NCBI GenBank assembly: GCA_021819125.1
Contig: JAKARW010000001.1
Span: 42,278-106,277 of the forward strand
Source: Pseudomonadota bacterium
GTDB taxonomy: Bacteria > Pseudomonadota > Gammaproteobacteria > Acidiferrobacterales > Acidiferrobacteraceae
Length of the DNA: 64,000 nt
Direction of reading: 5' to 3'
Positions 1 to 10,534 of the stretch are shown piece by piece; the first letter of the stretch is position 1, and the number at the start of each line of letters is the position of its first letter. Both the position numbers and the translations under genes were made by a program. The notes beneath the pieces are model-generated. The model ran no database searches and was not told where the DNA came from. It saw only the letters and a list, made by a program, of their open reading frames with translations.

Positions 1-1032
1 ACGACCGCTGTCGTGGTGGTGGATGCGGCTTTGCGTGTCAAGGTTGTGAATCCGGCAAGCGAGATGCTGTTTGAATTAAGCGCCAAGCAAATGCTTGGGC
101 AACCGCTCGCACGGCTCTGGCCGCAAACCGCGCCGCTTGCAAGCCTATTCGCGGACACTTTGCAAAGCGCCCATTCCTTCACGCGCCGCGGTCTCCCCTT
201 GGCGCTGCCCGGCCGCGAGGTCGTTGTTGATATGACGGTGACGGCGATCCTGCCGGCTGCCGAGTCGAAGCGGCAAGAAGCGGTCTTGTTATTTGAGTTG
301 AACCAGGTCGACCGGTTACGCCGCTTGGCCCATGAGGAGGATCTCGTGGACAGGCACTTGGCGCAGAAAGCGGTGGTGCGCGGCTTGGCGCATGAAATCA
401 AGAACCCTCTTGGCGGGTTGCGCGGCGCCGCCCAGCTCCTTGAGCGCAAGCTTTCCGAAAGCGAGCGGGAGTATACGCGCATCATCATCCGCGAGGCGGA
501 CCGTCTGCAGAGTCTTGTGGATCGATTGGCGGAACCGACCCATCCCTATCTCCCAGTGCAGGTCAATATTCATCAGGTCCTGGAGCACGTGCGGTCGTTG
601 ATATTAGCCGAGGTCGGTGAGAGTTTCGTGTTGCGGCGCGACTATGACCCGAGCATCCCGGAGTTCGCCGGTGACCCGGATCAGCTTGTGCAGGCGGTCT
701 TGAATCTGGTGCGCAACGCGGTGCAAGCCCCGAGTCGTCTGATCGTCTTACGCTCACGCATCGAGCGCCAGTTCACGATCGGCCAGCGGCGCCATAAGCT
801 TGTGCTGCGTACCGAGGTGGAAGACGATGGGCCAGGCGTGCCAGAGGCTTTGCGCGACACCCTGTTTTATCCCATGGTCACGGGGCATGCCGCCGGGACC
901 GGGCTTGGCCTATCGATCGCTCAGGATATCGCCCGCCGCCACGGCGGCCTCATCGAATACACGAGCCGACCGGCACGCACCATCTTTACATTATTTCTTC
1001 CTCTGAGGCACGAATATGACCCGACAGGATAG
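1..1032 (+). CDS. ntrB: Nitrogen-regulation sensor histidine kinase NtrB/GlnL (5' end cut by window edge)
   Basis: Frame is open from nt 1. H-box 'HEIKNPLGG', N/G boxes 'NLVRNAVQA', 'DDGPGVP', 'GTGLGLSIA'. Overlaps the following ntrC. Confidence 0.9.
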   Translation, partial: TTAVVVVDAALRVKVVNPASEMLFELSAKQMLGQPLARLWPQTAPLASLFADTLQSAHSFTRRGLPLALPGREVVVDMTVTAILPAAESKRQEAVLLFELNQVDRLRRLAHEEDLVDRHLAQKAVVRGLAHEIKNPLGGLRGAAQLLERKLSESEREYTRIIIREADRLQSLVDRLAEPTHPYLPVQVNIHQVLEHVRSLILAEVGESFVLRRDYDPSIPEFAGDPDQLVQAVLNLVRNAVQAPSRLIVLRSRIERQFTIGQRRHKLVLRTEVEDDGPGVPEALRDTLFYPMVTGHAAGTGLGLSIAQDIARRHGGLIEYTSRPARTIFTLFLPLRHEYDPTG

Positions 1033-2407
1033 TGTGTGGATCATCGACGACGACGAATCGATCCGCTGGGTGCTGGAAAAGGCGTTCCAGCAGGCTGGCA
1101 TGGCGACCCGTTCTTTCAGTGGCGCCGGTAGTGCCTTGGATGAACTGCGTGAGGAGGCCCCGGATGTCGTGATCACCGACATCCGCATGAGCGGACTTTC
1201 AGGGCTTAAGCTGCTCGAGACCATAAGCCATACCATGCCCACGCTCCCGGTGATCGTCATGACCGCCCACTCCGACCTAGACAGCGCGGTAGCGGCCTAT
1301 CAAGGCGGCGCCTTCGAGTATTTGCCGAAACCGTTCGATGTGGATCACGCCGTCGGCTTGGCGCGCTATGCGATTGAGCATAGGCGTCAGGGGCAGGTCG
1401 CGCACACCGAGCGCGCCGAATCGACCCCCGAGATCCTGGGTGCCGCCCCGGCCATGCAAGAGGTCTTCCGCGCCATCGGCCGGTTATCCGGATCGCATAT
1501 CACGGTGCTCATAAACGGCGAGTCCGGTACCGGCAAGGAACTCGTGGCGCGAGCGCTGCACAATCACAGCCCGCGGGCACGTAACGCGTTCATCGCCCTT
1601 AACATCGCCGCCATCCCGGCGGGGCTCCTCGAATCGGAGCTCTTCGGTCATGAGCGCGGCGCGTTCACCGGCGCCTTGACGCAGCGGCACGGGCGTTTCG
1701 AGCAGGCCGATAACGGCACCTTGTTCCTAGACGAAATCGGTGACATGCCGGCCGACCTCCAGACGCGGCTCCTGCGGGTTTTATCCGATGGCCAATTCTA
1801 TCGGGTCGGTGGTTGTGAAAAGATTCATACCAATGTGCGCGTCATCGCCGCGACCCATCAAAACCTGGAGCAACGCGTGGCCGATGGCCTTTTCCGGGAG
1901 GACCTGTTCCACCGGCTGAACGTCATCCGCATTCATGTCCCGCCGCTGCGTGAGCGCCGGCAGGACATACCGGTCCTCACCCGCCACTTCCTGGCGGCGG
2001 CCGCAGCCGAGCTCAATGTGGAGGCAAAGCATCTTGCGCCCGAGGCCGAGCAGTACCTTTGTAAGCTGCCGTGGCCGGGGAACGTGCGCCAACTGGAGAA
2101 CACCTGTCGCTGGCTTACGGTCATGGCCCCTGGACGCACCATTCGCGTCGCCGATCTCGCCCCCGAACTAAGGGAGGTGGACCCGGCGCCCGCCGGCGTG
2201 GACTGGCGCGCCGGACTGCGCAGTGTCGTTGAGCAGAGGTTGGCCCTAGGCGATAAGGCGGTCTACACGGATTTGAGCGTCGAGTTCGAGCGGACTTTGA
2301 TAGAGGCGGCGTTGCACCACACGGGCGGCCGCAAACAAGATGCCGCCAAGCGTTTGGGGCTTGGGCGCAATACCTTGACGCGTAAGCTAAAGGACCTCAA
2401 TCTCTAA
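1016..2407 (+). CDS. ntrC: Sigma54-dependent response regulator NtrC/GlnG
   Basis: Receiver domain ('[12 protein letters not shown]', 'DIRMSG'), AAA+ Walker A 'GESGTGKE', '[15 protein letters not shown]' (GAFTGA) loop, C-terminal Fis-type HTH. Confidence 0.95.
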   Translation: MTRQDSVWIIDDDESIRWVLEKAFQQAGMATRSFSGAGSALDELREEAPDVVITDIRMSGLSGLKLLETISHTMPTLPVIVMTAHSDLDSAVAAYQGGAFEYLPKPFDVDHAVGLARYAIEHRRQGQVAHTERAESTPEILGAAPAMQEVFRAIGRLSGSHITVLINGESGTGKELVARALHNHSPRARNAFIALNIAAIPAGLLESELFGHERGAFTGALTQRHGRFEQADNGTLFLDEIGDMPADLQTRLLRVLSDGQFYRVGGCEKIHTNVRVIAATHQNLEQRVADGLFREDLFHRLNVIRIHVPPLRERRQDIPVLTRHFLAAAAAELNVEAKHLAPEAEQYLCKLPWPGNVRQLENTCRWLTVMAPGRTIRVADLAPELREVDPAPAGVDWRAGLRSVVEQRLALGDKAVYTDLSVEFERTLIEAALHHTGGRKQDAAKRLGLGRNTLTRKLKDLNL

Positions 2408-2997
2408 CGGGCGTGGTGCGTGACAAGCCGTGCGAAGGCGGCGCTCGCCTGGCGCGCAAGACGGCTTAAGCCCATGACCGCGCCTTGCGCGTCGGGTGCG
2501 CACCGGCGTTTCAGGTCCACGGTCTTTTGCGCGAGAACCCGGGCGCTTGCCGCGTCATAGAGGCGTGCCGTGGCGTCAAGCCGCACGAAGGCGCGATGCG
2601 GCGTCGTAAAGTCCTGATCGAAGCGCGAAAGCACGATAACGAGGCGCTCGATAGGCGTGGATGGCCGCGCGGCGAATACTGAACCCATACCCAATCGCCA
2701 GCGAATGCGTGCCTTGAGTAAGGACGCCGGCGGCGCGATCCAGCGGTTTTGCGCATAGACGTGCACGGCGGTAGGGTCTCGATAAAGCAGCCGGTAATGG
2801 ATAGTCGTCCCGGAAAGCCAAGCTACGGCCTGCACGCGCACGATGACCGGCGGCATGTCTCTTGTTGGGGTGTGGGCGCGTAGCGGCCCAAAGTCGTGAA
2901 CAGTCAGTGCCTGTGGGGCGCGTGCGGGAAACAGGGTGCAGCCCGCAAGGCCTATTACGGCAAGCGTTACAACAAAAATTCTCAAGGTCTTGGCCAT
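2404..2997 (-). CDS. ABC-transport auxiliary lipoprotein (YmbA/PqiC-like) of the MCE transporter
   Basis: Lipobox 'VIGLAGC'. It is the last gene of the permease-ATPase-MCE operon. Size and position are typical of the DUF330-type component. Confidence 0.7.
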   Translation of the reverse strand: MAKTLRIFVVTLAVIGLAGCTLFPARAPQALTVHDFGPLRAHTPTRDMPPVIVRVQAVAWLSGTTIHYRLLYRDPTAVHVYAQNRWIAPPASLLKARIRWRLGMGSVFAARPSTPIERLVIVLSRFDQDFTTPHRAFVRLDATARLYDAASARVLAQKTVDLKRRCAPDAQGAVMGLSRLARQASAAFARLVTHHAR

Positions 2998-3000
2998 GGC

Positions 3001-3891
3001 TCAGGGAGTCTCCTTGTAGCCTTTCTCTCCGGGTCCGGGGGTAAGTGGACGAGCGCCGAGCAGCAACTCGCGAGGGTGATGGCGCAGTGATCGGCTGAGG
3101 CGCTGAACGTCGGCCGCGGCGCGTGTCAGCCGATCCAAAGCGCGGTCGATCTTGGGCAGCGTGCGCGTCAGCGCGACATCGCTTGCCCCTTGCGCGGTCT
3201 CGCTTAAGCGCTTCAGGTGACGACTCAATATCCCCATCTGTTTTTCAAGGGTAGCCATGCGCGTCAGCGCCGTGTTGGCTGCGGCCTCCATGGCCGGCAA
3301 CCGGGCGGCGGCCTGGTTTAGCCGCGCGCTGAGCATCACCCACTGCCGGCTCGCTTGCGCTGCATGCGATAGTATCGTGGCGAGATGGCGGCGATTGGCG
3401 GCGTTCAAGGTCTTTTCGAGATCACCGCTCAAAACAGTCAGCTGTTGGGCCACGCGCGTCCCCGCGCGCGTGATTCGGGTGAAGAGCGAGGGATGCATGG
3501 GAATGCGCGCGGGGTGAGCCGCCGAGGTCGCAAGCAAACGCATGTCCGCGGTCGTATTCAGTTCAAGCGCGGACATGCCCGTCACTCCCTGGAGCTTGAG
3601 TTCGGCATACGTGCCACGCGTGATGGGTATGCGCCGATCGACGGCTATGAAAATTAGAATCTCCCGCGGGTCCTGCGCGTTCACCCTAATGTGCGTTACC
3701 ACGCCCGCTGTTATGCCGCGATAAAAGACCGTGGACTCGGATCTTAGGCCGAACACATTGCCTCGAGTGACCACGACATAGGGAAGCCTGCGTCGATGGG
3801 TACCACTGATCCAAAATGTGGCGAGCAGGATCGCCACGGCGAACACCGCGACAAACACGCCAGTCCGCAATGCATAGGATCGATTGTTCAT
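3001..3891 (-). CDS. MCE/MlaD-family substrate-binding protein
   Basis: N-terminal TM 'GVFVAVFAVAILLATFWI' followed by an MCE-like domain ('VFGLRSESTVFYRGITAGVV'). Start re-picked at ATG 3891, which forms an ATGA overlap with the upstream ATPase stop. Confidence 0.8.
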   Translation of the reverse strand: MNNRSYALRTGVFVAVFAVAILLATFWISGTHRRRLPYVVVTRGNVFGLRSESTVFYRGITAGVVTHIRVNAQDPREILIFIAVDRRIPITRGTYAELKLQGVTGMSALELNTTADMRLLATSAAHPARIPMHPSLFTRITRAGTRVAQQLTVLSGDLEKTLNAANRRHLATILSHAAQASRQWVMLSARLNQAAARLPAMEAAANTALTRMATLEKQMGILSRHLKRLSETAQGASDVALTRTLPKIDRALDRLTRAAADVQRLSRSLRHHPRELLLGARPLTPGPGEKGYKETP

Positions 3892-4661
3892 GATGCCATA
3901 GCCCCAAAGACGCGCTGTCCTCTTTCGCCCAAAAACATGGCCTGAACGAACGGGTGCGGGTTCAGGGCCATCTCGGTCGGCGCCCCCCTGGCAACGATGC
4001 GGCGGTCCGCCAGGATTGCGAGCGACGTGCAAAGGTCGCGCATGAGGTCCAGATCGTGAGTGATCACGACCGCCGTAAATTGGAGCTCCTTGTGCAGGTC
4101 CTGCAGGTGATGCACAAAGGTCTGCGCGGCAACAGGGTCAAGTCCAGAGGTGGGCTCATCGAGAAACAAAAGTTCAGGCTCCAGGGCCAGCGCCCGTGCA
4201 AGCGCCGCGCGCTTTACCATGCCTCCGGAAAGTTCGGCCGGCAGATAGGCTGCCACCTCCGGGCCGAGGCCCACTTGCGCGAGCTTCATGTAAACGAGGT
4301 CGCGAATCAGCGTGGGTTCGATGGCGCGATACTCCTGGAGCGGAAACGCGACGTTTTCAAAGACCGTGAATGCACTAAACAGCGCCCCACCCTGAAACAA
4401 GACGCCGCAGCGGTTGCGCAACGTGGCGAGGGTTTCGGCCTCTATCTTATCAAGGGGCTCCCCGAACAGCCTCACACGCCCCGCGCTTGGTTGATCGAGA
4501 CCTATCATCTCGCGTACGAGCGTCGTCTTGCCGCTTCCCGATCCTCCGACGAGCCCTAGAATTTCCCCCCGAGCCACGCTCAGCGTGATGTCCTCATGGA
4601 CAACGTTTCGTCCAAATCGCGTAAAGACGTGTTCCATTTCAATGATGTTATCCGAAGTCAC
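3888..4661 (-). CDS. ABC transporter ATP-binding protein (MlaF-like)
   Basis: Walker A 'GGSGSGKTT', signature 'LSGGMVKRAALARAL', Walker B 'LLFLDEPTSGLD'. Confidence 0.9.
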   Translation of the reverse strand: MTSDNIIEMEHVFTRFGRNVVHEDITLSVARGEILGLVGGSGSGKTTLVREMIGLDQPSAGRVRLFGEPLDKIEAETLATLRNRCGVLFQGGALFSAFTVFENVAFPLQEYRAIEPTLIRDLVYMKLAQVGLGPEVAAYLPAELSGGMVKRAALARALALEPELLFLDEPTSGLDPVAAQTFVHHLQDLHKELQFTAVVITHDLDLMRDLCTSLAILADRRIVARGAPTEMALNPHPFVQAMFLGERGQRVFGAMAS

Positions 4662-5794
4662 GGCAGGCCGATCCCACGAAAGCCGATCGCAAACACGGCG
4701 TCAACGAATATGACGGCGCTGATCCCCGTGACCACGGCATTGGTGGTCTCGACGCCCAAGCTGCGGGTATTGGGCTTGATGCGCAGGCCGAAGTGACAGG
4801 CGATGAGCGCGATGACGACCCCAAAGACCGCGCCTTTCACGATGCCGAGCACGAAATCGACCACAGGGACCGCAGACGGTATGGCGTGGACAAACTCCGG
4901 TATATCGATCCCAAGGGTGATATGCGCGGCTACCATGCCGCCAAATAGCGCAATCGCATCCGTCCACACGACGAGTAGCGGAAGGGCTACGGCGAGCGCT
5001 ACGATGTTTGGTAAAACCAGGCGCACAATGCGCGAAATGCCCATGGCTGACAGGGCATCAAGCTCCTCGGTAAGGCGCATCACACCAAGTTCCGCCGCCA
5101 TGGCCGAGCCGGACCGGCCGGCCACCAGGATCGCTGCAAGCAGCGGACCGAGTTCGCGCATGATGCTAAGACCGAGGACGTTGACGATGTAGGATGGCGC
5201 ACCGAAGTTTCGCAGTTCGAGCGATGACAGGTAGCTCATGACGATGCCCACGAGCGCGCCGACCAAGGCGGTTATGCCGAGCGCCCGTACGCCCGCCTCA
5301 TATATCGAAGCCGAGATGTCCTTCCAGGGTATTTGATCGGGTCTGCGCAGTAGTCGGCCGCCATCGACAACGACGCAACCTATGAGTGTCGTAAACTCGA
5401 GCGCGTGCGATCGAAGCCCTTGTCCCAGGGATGACAGCACCGCGAGCGGCCGCACGCCCGGACTACGCCCGCCCTCGGGTGGCGGCTCGCGCCGCGCCCA
5501 TCGCTCGCAAAGCGCAGCATGCTCTGGTCGAACCTCAATGGCGTGGCCTTGCGCAAACCCTTGCAGGCGCCACAAAACGAGCGCCCCCACGTTGTCAAGC
5601 CCCCGCACCTCGCGGCAATCCCAGACAACCTTGTCGTTATCGCGCGCATGCTCCCGTAGCGCACTCGCCAAGGCATCAGCGTTTCCATCTATACCACGTA
5701 ACGTCCATTGCCCTGTCAGCACCACGACCGTCCGCCCACGCTCATCGCGGCGCGTATGGTAGCCTGCGGGCTCGACGTGCCCGGCCGTGGCCAC
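4658..5794 (-). CDS. MlaE-family ABC permease with N-terminal STAS-like domain
   Basis: N-terminal ~110 aa is STAS-like ('VVVLTGQWTLRGIDGN...VRGLDNVGALVLWRL'), followed by a polytopic MlaE-like permease. Coupled to the ATPase gene. Confidence 0.8.
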   Translation of the reverse strand: MATAGHVEPAGYHTRRDERGRTVVVLTGQWTLRGIDGNADALASALREHARDNDKVVWDCREVRGLDNVGALVLWRLQGFAQGHAIEVRPEHAALCERWARREPPPEGGRSPGVRPLAVLSSLGQGLRSHALEFTTLIGCVVVDGGRLLRRPDQIPWKDISASIYEAGVRALGITALVGALVGIVMSYLSSLELRNFGAPSYIVNVLGLSIMRELGPLLAAILVAGRSGSAMAAELGVMRLTEELDALSAMGISRIVRLVLPNIVALAVALPLLVVWTDAIALFGGMVAAHITLGIDIPEFVHAIPSAVPVVDFVLGIVKGAVFGVVIALIACHFGLRIKPNTRSLGVETTNAVVTGISAVIFVDAVFAIGFRGIGLP

Positions 5795-5868
5795 CTGGTC
5801 GTCTTGATCTTGTGTGACTTGTTCGTTCGTGACGCTATCCTCGTCGATTCCGTTGCGCCACCATCATA

Positions 5869-7068
5869 TCAAGACCTCTGGCGCGCATCATAGGAGATAC
5901 GCGGCGTCCCGGCGCCGGCCGCCTCCATGAAAAACGTCTTCAAAAGAGGCAAGGTATCAATGACGTTCAGGCCCGTGCGTAGTGTTGCACCCACCCACCT
6001 GCGGTCATTGCGAAATGCGCGATTGAGCAAGTCGGTGGCCGCCAGCATGGCAAGGTTATCCACCTTGCGCTCGCGTTCATAGGGGCGCAGCGTGCGCCGA
6101 CGGCCGAGATCCGCGGATTGCGCGCGCGCGGCCTGCAGGGTCGTGATGAGGGCGTCGGCGTCGGCAAACCCAAGGTTGACCCCTTGACCGGCCAGCGGGT
6201 GCACGCGGTGGGCGGCGTCGCCCACCAGGGCAAAGCGCGCGCCCACATAGTGTTGCGCATGGGAGGCTGCGAGCGGAAAGTAGGCGCGCTCACCATCGAC
6301 CTCAAGGTCACCGAGATGATCTCCGAAGGCGTCGTTCAAGGCCGCGGCGAATTGCGTGTCGGAGAGGTTGCGCAGGCGCCGCGCCTCGTCATCGGTAGCC
6401 GACCAGATCAGCGAGGCGCGGCAGGCGTCTGGTAGGGGCAAAAGCGCGCAGGGCCCATGGGCCAGGAAGCGCTGCCAGGCCACACCGTCGTGCGCATGCC
6501 CCAGGCGAATGTCGGCGCATACCGCGGTCTGTCCATAGTGATACTGAAAAACCGCGACGCCGAGCTGCTCCCGGATTACGGATTGCGCGCCGTCGGCGGC
6601 GATCAATAGCGGTGCGCGCAATCGCCCGCCGCCCTTCATGGCCACCTCGATGCGCGTGTTTTCGATCTCGACTTCCCAAGCGCGATCCTGATGCCAAGAA
6701 ACGCCGCGAACTTGCGCCTTGGCGCGTAGCGCCGACTCGAGCCGGCTGTGATTGACGATAACGCCAAGGTCGGCTTCGCCGATGTCCGCGCTGTCAAAAG
6801 ACAGCCGGCCGTATCCACTGCGATCAATAATCTGCAAGGCGCGTAGTGGCGCTGCCTCCACGCCATCGAGCGGCCAAAGGCCGAAATGGGAGAGCCGCCG
6901 CAGCGACGCACGACTGAGTGCGCTCGTGCGTACTGACGTCCGCGGGTCTGCGCCTGCGGCATCAATCATCGCGATTTCAAAACCACGCATAGCCAGGGCA
7001 TGACCGAGGAGTGCGCCTACCGCGCCTGCGCCGGCGATGATGATATCCGGGTCACGCCGGTCGATCAT
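5869..7068 (-). CDS. ubiI: FAD-dependent ubiquinone-biosynthesis hydroxylase (UbiI/VisC-like)
   Basis: 'IIIAGAGAVGALLG' dinucleotide fold and 'GDAAHRVHPLAGQGVNLG' motif. Position after ubiH matches E. coli pepP-ubiH-visC. Confidence 0.85.
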   Translation of the reverse strand: MIDRRDPDIIIAGAGAVGALLGHALAMRGFEIAMIDAAGADPRTSVRTSALSRASLRRLSHFGLWPLDGVEAAPLRALQIIDRSGYGRLSFDSADIGEADLGVIVNHSRLESALRAKAQVRGVSWHQDRAWEVEIENTRIEVAMKGGGRLRAPLLIAADGAQSVIREQLGVAVFQYHYGQTAVCADIRLGHAHDGVAWQRFLAHGPCALLPLPDACRASLIWSATDDEARRLRNLSDTQFAAALNDAFGDHLGDLEVDGERAYFPLAASHAQHYVGARFALVGDAAHRVHPLAGQGVNLGFADADALITTLQAARAQSADLGRRRTLRPYERERKVDNLAMLAATDLLNRAFRNDRRWVGATLRTGLNVIDTLPLLKTFFMEAAGAGTPRISYDARQRS

Positions 7069-8276
7069 GGTTTTATCCCCCGAAACAGTTTGGGCAAGGG
7101 TGCCTTGAGCCCCATGGTGCGCACCGCCAATGCCCGTTTAAGTCCGGGCAAGGCGTCGACAAGGTTCAGCGCCACACCGCGGGCGGCGGCAAGTGCTGGC
7201 AGACGCGGCGTGAAAAGCCGCACCAGGCCGTCGGTAAAGCGCGTGGTGTAGGCGACATCCGCACGCCGCGCTCGCGCGTAGTCGGCAAGCCACGCACGGT
7301 CCCCGTAATCGGTTTGCGCGCGACAGGCCTCGGATAGGCGTTCGGCGAGGACCGCGACGTCGCGCAGTCCCAGGTTGAAGCCTTGCCCCGCGACCGGGTG
7401 CAGGGTGTGGGCGGCGTTGCCGATGAGCACCACTCGCGGCGCTACCCACTCCCGGGCGTGTTGCCGAATCAGCGGAAAGCGCAGGCGCGGGCTTGCCGCC
7501 AGCAGCCGGCCAAGCCGGTCGCCGAAGGTGTCGGCTAGGCGCTCCAGGAATCCCTGCTCGTCTAGGGCCTGCCATTGCTCGCCGTCGGCGCGGCTTATGA
7601 CGAAAGTGTAGCGGTCATCGCCGATGGGAAGTGCGGCAACGGGACCATTGTCGGTGAAGCGCTCAAATGCGGTGAAAGGCCGCGGCCTCGATACCCGGCA
7701 GTTGCTGACGATCGCCTCGCGCCCGTAGTCATGGCAATCGACGCCTATACCACACGCCGCGCGCACCGCCGAGTGCGTGCCATCGGCGCCTACCAAAAGC
7801 CGGCAGGCGATGCGCTCGCCGTCTTGTCCGCAAGCAAGCGTGATCACGCCCGCGTCCGCGTCCTGAATAAACCCGTCGAAGCGTCCCGCGCGGCGTGTCA
7901 CGGTGGTCGCGTCGAGGGCCTCGTACAAGGCCGCAAGCAGCGCGGTGTTGCCGGTCACAAAGCCGAGCGCATCCACGCCTTGCTCATAGGCCAGAATATG
8001 CGTAAGACCGATGCGCCCAACGCGGTCCGACACCTCGATCTCGGTTATGGGTTGAAAATCGCCCCCGGAAAGCCTAGGCCACGCGCCGAGTGCGTTAAGC
8101 GCGCGCTTCGAACCTTGGGCGATCGTAAAGGTCCGATCATCGGCGCGCGCAGGCGGTGCAAACGGCGCCGGGTCGAGAAGGCATACATCAAGCGGCAGAT
8201 GCGCGAGCGCGAGCGCAAGGCTCGCCCCCACGAGTCCGCCACCGCAAATGACGACATCATGCCTATGTGTGCTCAC
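7065..8276 (-). CDS. ubiH: 2-octaprenyl-6-methoxyphenol hydroxylase UbiH
   Basis: 'VVICGGGLVGASLA' and 'GNAAHTLHPVAGQGFNLG'. Lies directly downstream of pepP. Confidence 0.85.
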   Translation of the reverse strand: MSTHRHDVVICGGGLVGASLALALAHLPLDVCLLDPAPFAPPARADDRTFTIAQGSKRALNALGAWPRLSGGDFQPITEIEVSDRVGRIGLTHILAYEQGVDALGFVTGNTALLAALYEALDATTVTRRAGRFDGFIQDADAGVITLACGQDGERIACRLLVGADGTHSAVRAACGIGVDCHDYGREAIVSNCRVSRPRPFTAFERFTDNGPVAALPIGDDRYTFVISRADGEQWQALDEQGFLERLADTFGDRLGRLLAASPRLRFPLIRQHAREWVAPRVVLIGNAAHTLHPVAGQGFNLGLRDVAVLAERLSEACRAQTDYGDRAWLADYARARRADVAYTTRFTDGLVRLFTPRLPALAAARGVALNLVDALPGLKRALAVRTMGLKAPLPKLFRGIKP

Positions 8277-9580
8277 GGGCCTTCGGCTCGCAATGCCTCT
8301 ATGTCCTCGGCGCGTCTTGGCAGGTCGTGGCTTAGAATCTCGTAGCCGGTCTTCGTAACGGCGACATCGTCCTCGATACGAATCCCGATATTCCGGAAGC
8401 GTTCCGGTATATCATCGCTTCCAGGGGTATAGAGGCCTGGCTCAACTGTCGTAACCATCCCCGCTTCCAGCACGCGATGCGCGCCACCAACTTTGTAATC
8501 TCCGACGTCATGCACATCGAGGCCCAGCCAATGCCCGGTCCTATGCATGTAGAAACGTTTGTAGTCACCGGATTCGATTAGCGCGTCTAGCGGGCCGCGC
8601 AAAAGCTTGAGGTCGAGCAAGCCTTGCGTCAAGACCTTGACTGCAGCCTCATGCGCGGCCGGCCACTCGCGACCCGGTCCTATGGTCGCGAGCGCCGCAT
8701 CATGCGCGGCAAGCACGATATCGTAGAGCGCGCGCTGCTCGGGGCTAAAGCGTGGTCCCACCGGGAAGGTTCGGGTGATATCGGATGCATAGCCATCGAT
8801 CTCGCAGCCGGCATCTATCAGTACAAGAGTGCCGTTTTTCAGCGGCGCGTCGTTCTCGGTGTAATGGAGGATGCAGGCGTTGGCCCCGCTTGCGACGATC
8901 GGCGGGTATGCTGGATACGTGGAGCCGCCCTTGCGGAAGGCGTAGAGAAGTTCGGCCTCGAGTTCGTATTCATAGAGTCCCGGCGCGCATCCTCGGATGG
9001 CGCGCTTGTGGCCTTCGGCGGCGACCAAAGCCGCGCGCCGCATGAGCGAAATCTCCTCCGGTTGTTTCGTAAGCCGCATCTCATGGAGGATGTGGTTGGG
9101 GTCCACGAACTCCTCCGGCGCCGCAATGCCCGAGCGCGCCTTGGCGCGGACCTCGTTGACCCACTCAAGGACATGGCCGTCGAATTCCGGATGGCGGCCC
9201 ATGCTGTAGTAGACGCGCCGCCGATCCTCGAGAAGACCCGGAAGGATGTCATCGATATCGTCTATCGGAAAGGCGTCGTCGGCCCCGTACTGGGAGACGG
9301 CCCCCTCGGGGCCCGCACGCCGCCCTTGCCATTGCTCCCGGTCCGGATCCCGGTCCCGGCAAAAAAGCAGAAACTCCCCTTGCGCGCGCCCGGGGATCAG
9401 GACCGCCACGGCTTCGGGCTCGGGAAAGTGCGTCAGATAATAGAAGTCACTGTCCGGTCGAAACAGGTATTCCACATCGCCGTTGCGCGTGCGCACGGGC
9501 GAGGTCGGTATGATCGCAATGGCCTCGCCCATGAGGCCCATGAACTCGGCGCGGCGGCGCCTAAAGGCATTTTTGTCCAT
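8273..9580 (-). CDS. pepP: Xaa-Pro aminopeptidase PepP
   Basis: M24B motifs 'HRTGHWLGLDVHD' and 'VTTVEPGLY'. Start chosen at 'MDKNAFRRRRAEF' by analogy to E. coli PepP; in-frame starts at 9589 and 9616 are also possible. Confidence 0.9.
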   Translation of the reverse strand: MDKNAFRRRRAEFMGLMGEAIAIIPTSPVRTRNGDVEYLFRPDSDFYYLTHFPEPEAVAVLIPGRAQGEFLLFCRDRDPDREQWQGRRAGPEGAVSQYGADDAFPIDDIDDILPGLLEDRRRVYYSMGRHPEFDGHVLEWVNEVRAKARSGIAAPEEFVDPNHILHEMRLTKQPEEISLMRRAALVAAEGHKRAIRGCAPGLYEYELEAELLYAFRKGGSTYPAYPPIVASGANACILHYTENDAPLKNGTLVLIDAGCEIDGYASDITRTFPVGPRFSPEQRALYDIVLAAHDAALATIGPGREWPAAHEAAVKVLTQGLLDLKLLRGPLDALIESGDYKRFYMHRTGHWLGLDVHDVGDYKVGGAHRVLEAGMVTTVEPGLYTPGSDDIPERFRNIGIRIEDDVAVTKTGYEILSHDLPRRAEDIEALRAEGP

Positions 9581-9644
9581 GGGGGCCATTATGCCCGAAG
9601 TCGATGGCCGCGCCACGCCCGCGCAGGCCGTATAGCGGGTCTCT

Positions 9645-10145
9645 TCACTCCACGACCTCGTCGTGGATCAACTGCACCGCGACCCGCAAGTATTCGACAA
9701 GTTCGCTCAAGTCCGACTCGCCGACGGTGCCGCTTGCCTCCGCGAGGTCGTTAATATCGGCCAAGGCCTCGGTTACGATCTCGGAGCGCTCATGGGGCGT
9801 CGTGCCGCGGTCAAGAAAATAAAAGCCGGTCACAAAGCCCCGGCACCATTCACTAAGGGCCCGGCTGCGTTGGACCGCCGGCCGCTCGTCGTCTGGCAAC
9901 AAAGGTTCGAAACTCAACCCGACCTCCGCCGACCCCTCGGTAATCCGACGGCGCGCGGCTTCCAGGCTGTCGCGCAGACCGGTGTCGTTTTCATCGGCCC
10001 CCAGGGCGGCGATCACCATATCGTCATCCGCCACACCGGCGCATAGGAGCCCGATCACAATGCCATGGGCCTCCGATCCCCCGAGCGTGACATAGGCCTG
10101 CTCCAGGATCATGGTCCAAGTATCGTACGTGAAATCGTCGTGCAT
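9645..10145 (-). CDS. ygfB: UPF0149/YgfB family protein
   Basis: 166 aa and acidic. Conserved position upstream of pepP, as in E. coli and Pseudomonas. Confidence 0.75.
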   Translation of the reverse strand: MHDDFTYDTWTMILEQAYVTLGGSEAHGIVIGLLCAGVADDDMVIAALGADENDTGLRDSLEAARRRITEGSAEVGLSFEPLLPDDERPAVQRSRALSEWCRGFVTGFYFLDRGTTPHERSEIVTEALADINDLAEASGTVGESDLSELVEYLRVAVQLIHDEVVE

Positions 10146-10303
10146 GCCGCCATTCTATCGCATGTGAGCGCCCCTTGCCCGTCGCTTGGGGCGGGTATTT
10201 TCCGAAGGACTTAAGGCCCGCAAAAAGCACGCCGCCGCCTGTTCCACAAGCCCCCTGTGGCGGACGTTGACCCCGGCGCCTCTTAAGTTCTATAGTGGCC
10301 TAC

Positions 10304-10534
10304 ATGAGCGGCGAATCTCCCCCTGATGCCGACGCCCTGGCCCGACTGGAACGTCGAATCGAGGATTTGGTCGCGGCATGCCGGCGACTTCAGGAAGACA
10401 ATGCGAATTGGCGCGCGCGCCACCAAGCCTTGTCGGCGGAGTATGTGCGGCTAAACGAGCGCACGCGCGTGGCACGCAGCCGTGTCGAAGAGATGATAGG
10501 CCGTGTCGCGGCCTTGACCCGCGAGGAGCGGTGA
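10304..10534 (+). CDS. Small coiled-coil protein preceding zapA (TIGR02449-like)
   Basis: 76-aa heptad-rich ORF. Its TGA overlaps the zapA ATG (10532-10536). Conserved neighbour of zapA in pseudomonads. Confidence 0.6.
   Translation: MSGESPPDADALARLERRIEDLVAACRRLQEDNANWRARHQALSAEYVRLNERTRVARSRVEEMIGRVAALTREER

Noticed and set aside
8624-9754. 376-aa ORF on the + strand
   Set aside because: Antisense to pepP and ygfB. Arg-rich with no recognisable domain. Shadow ORF.
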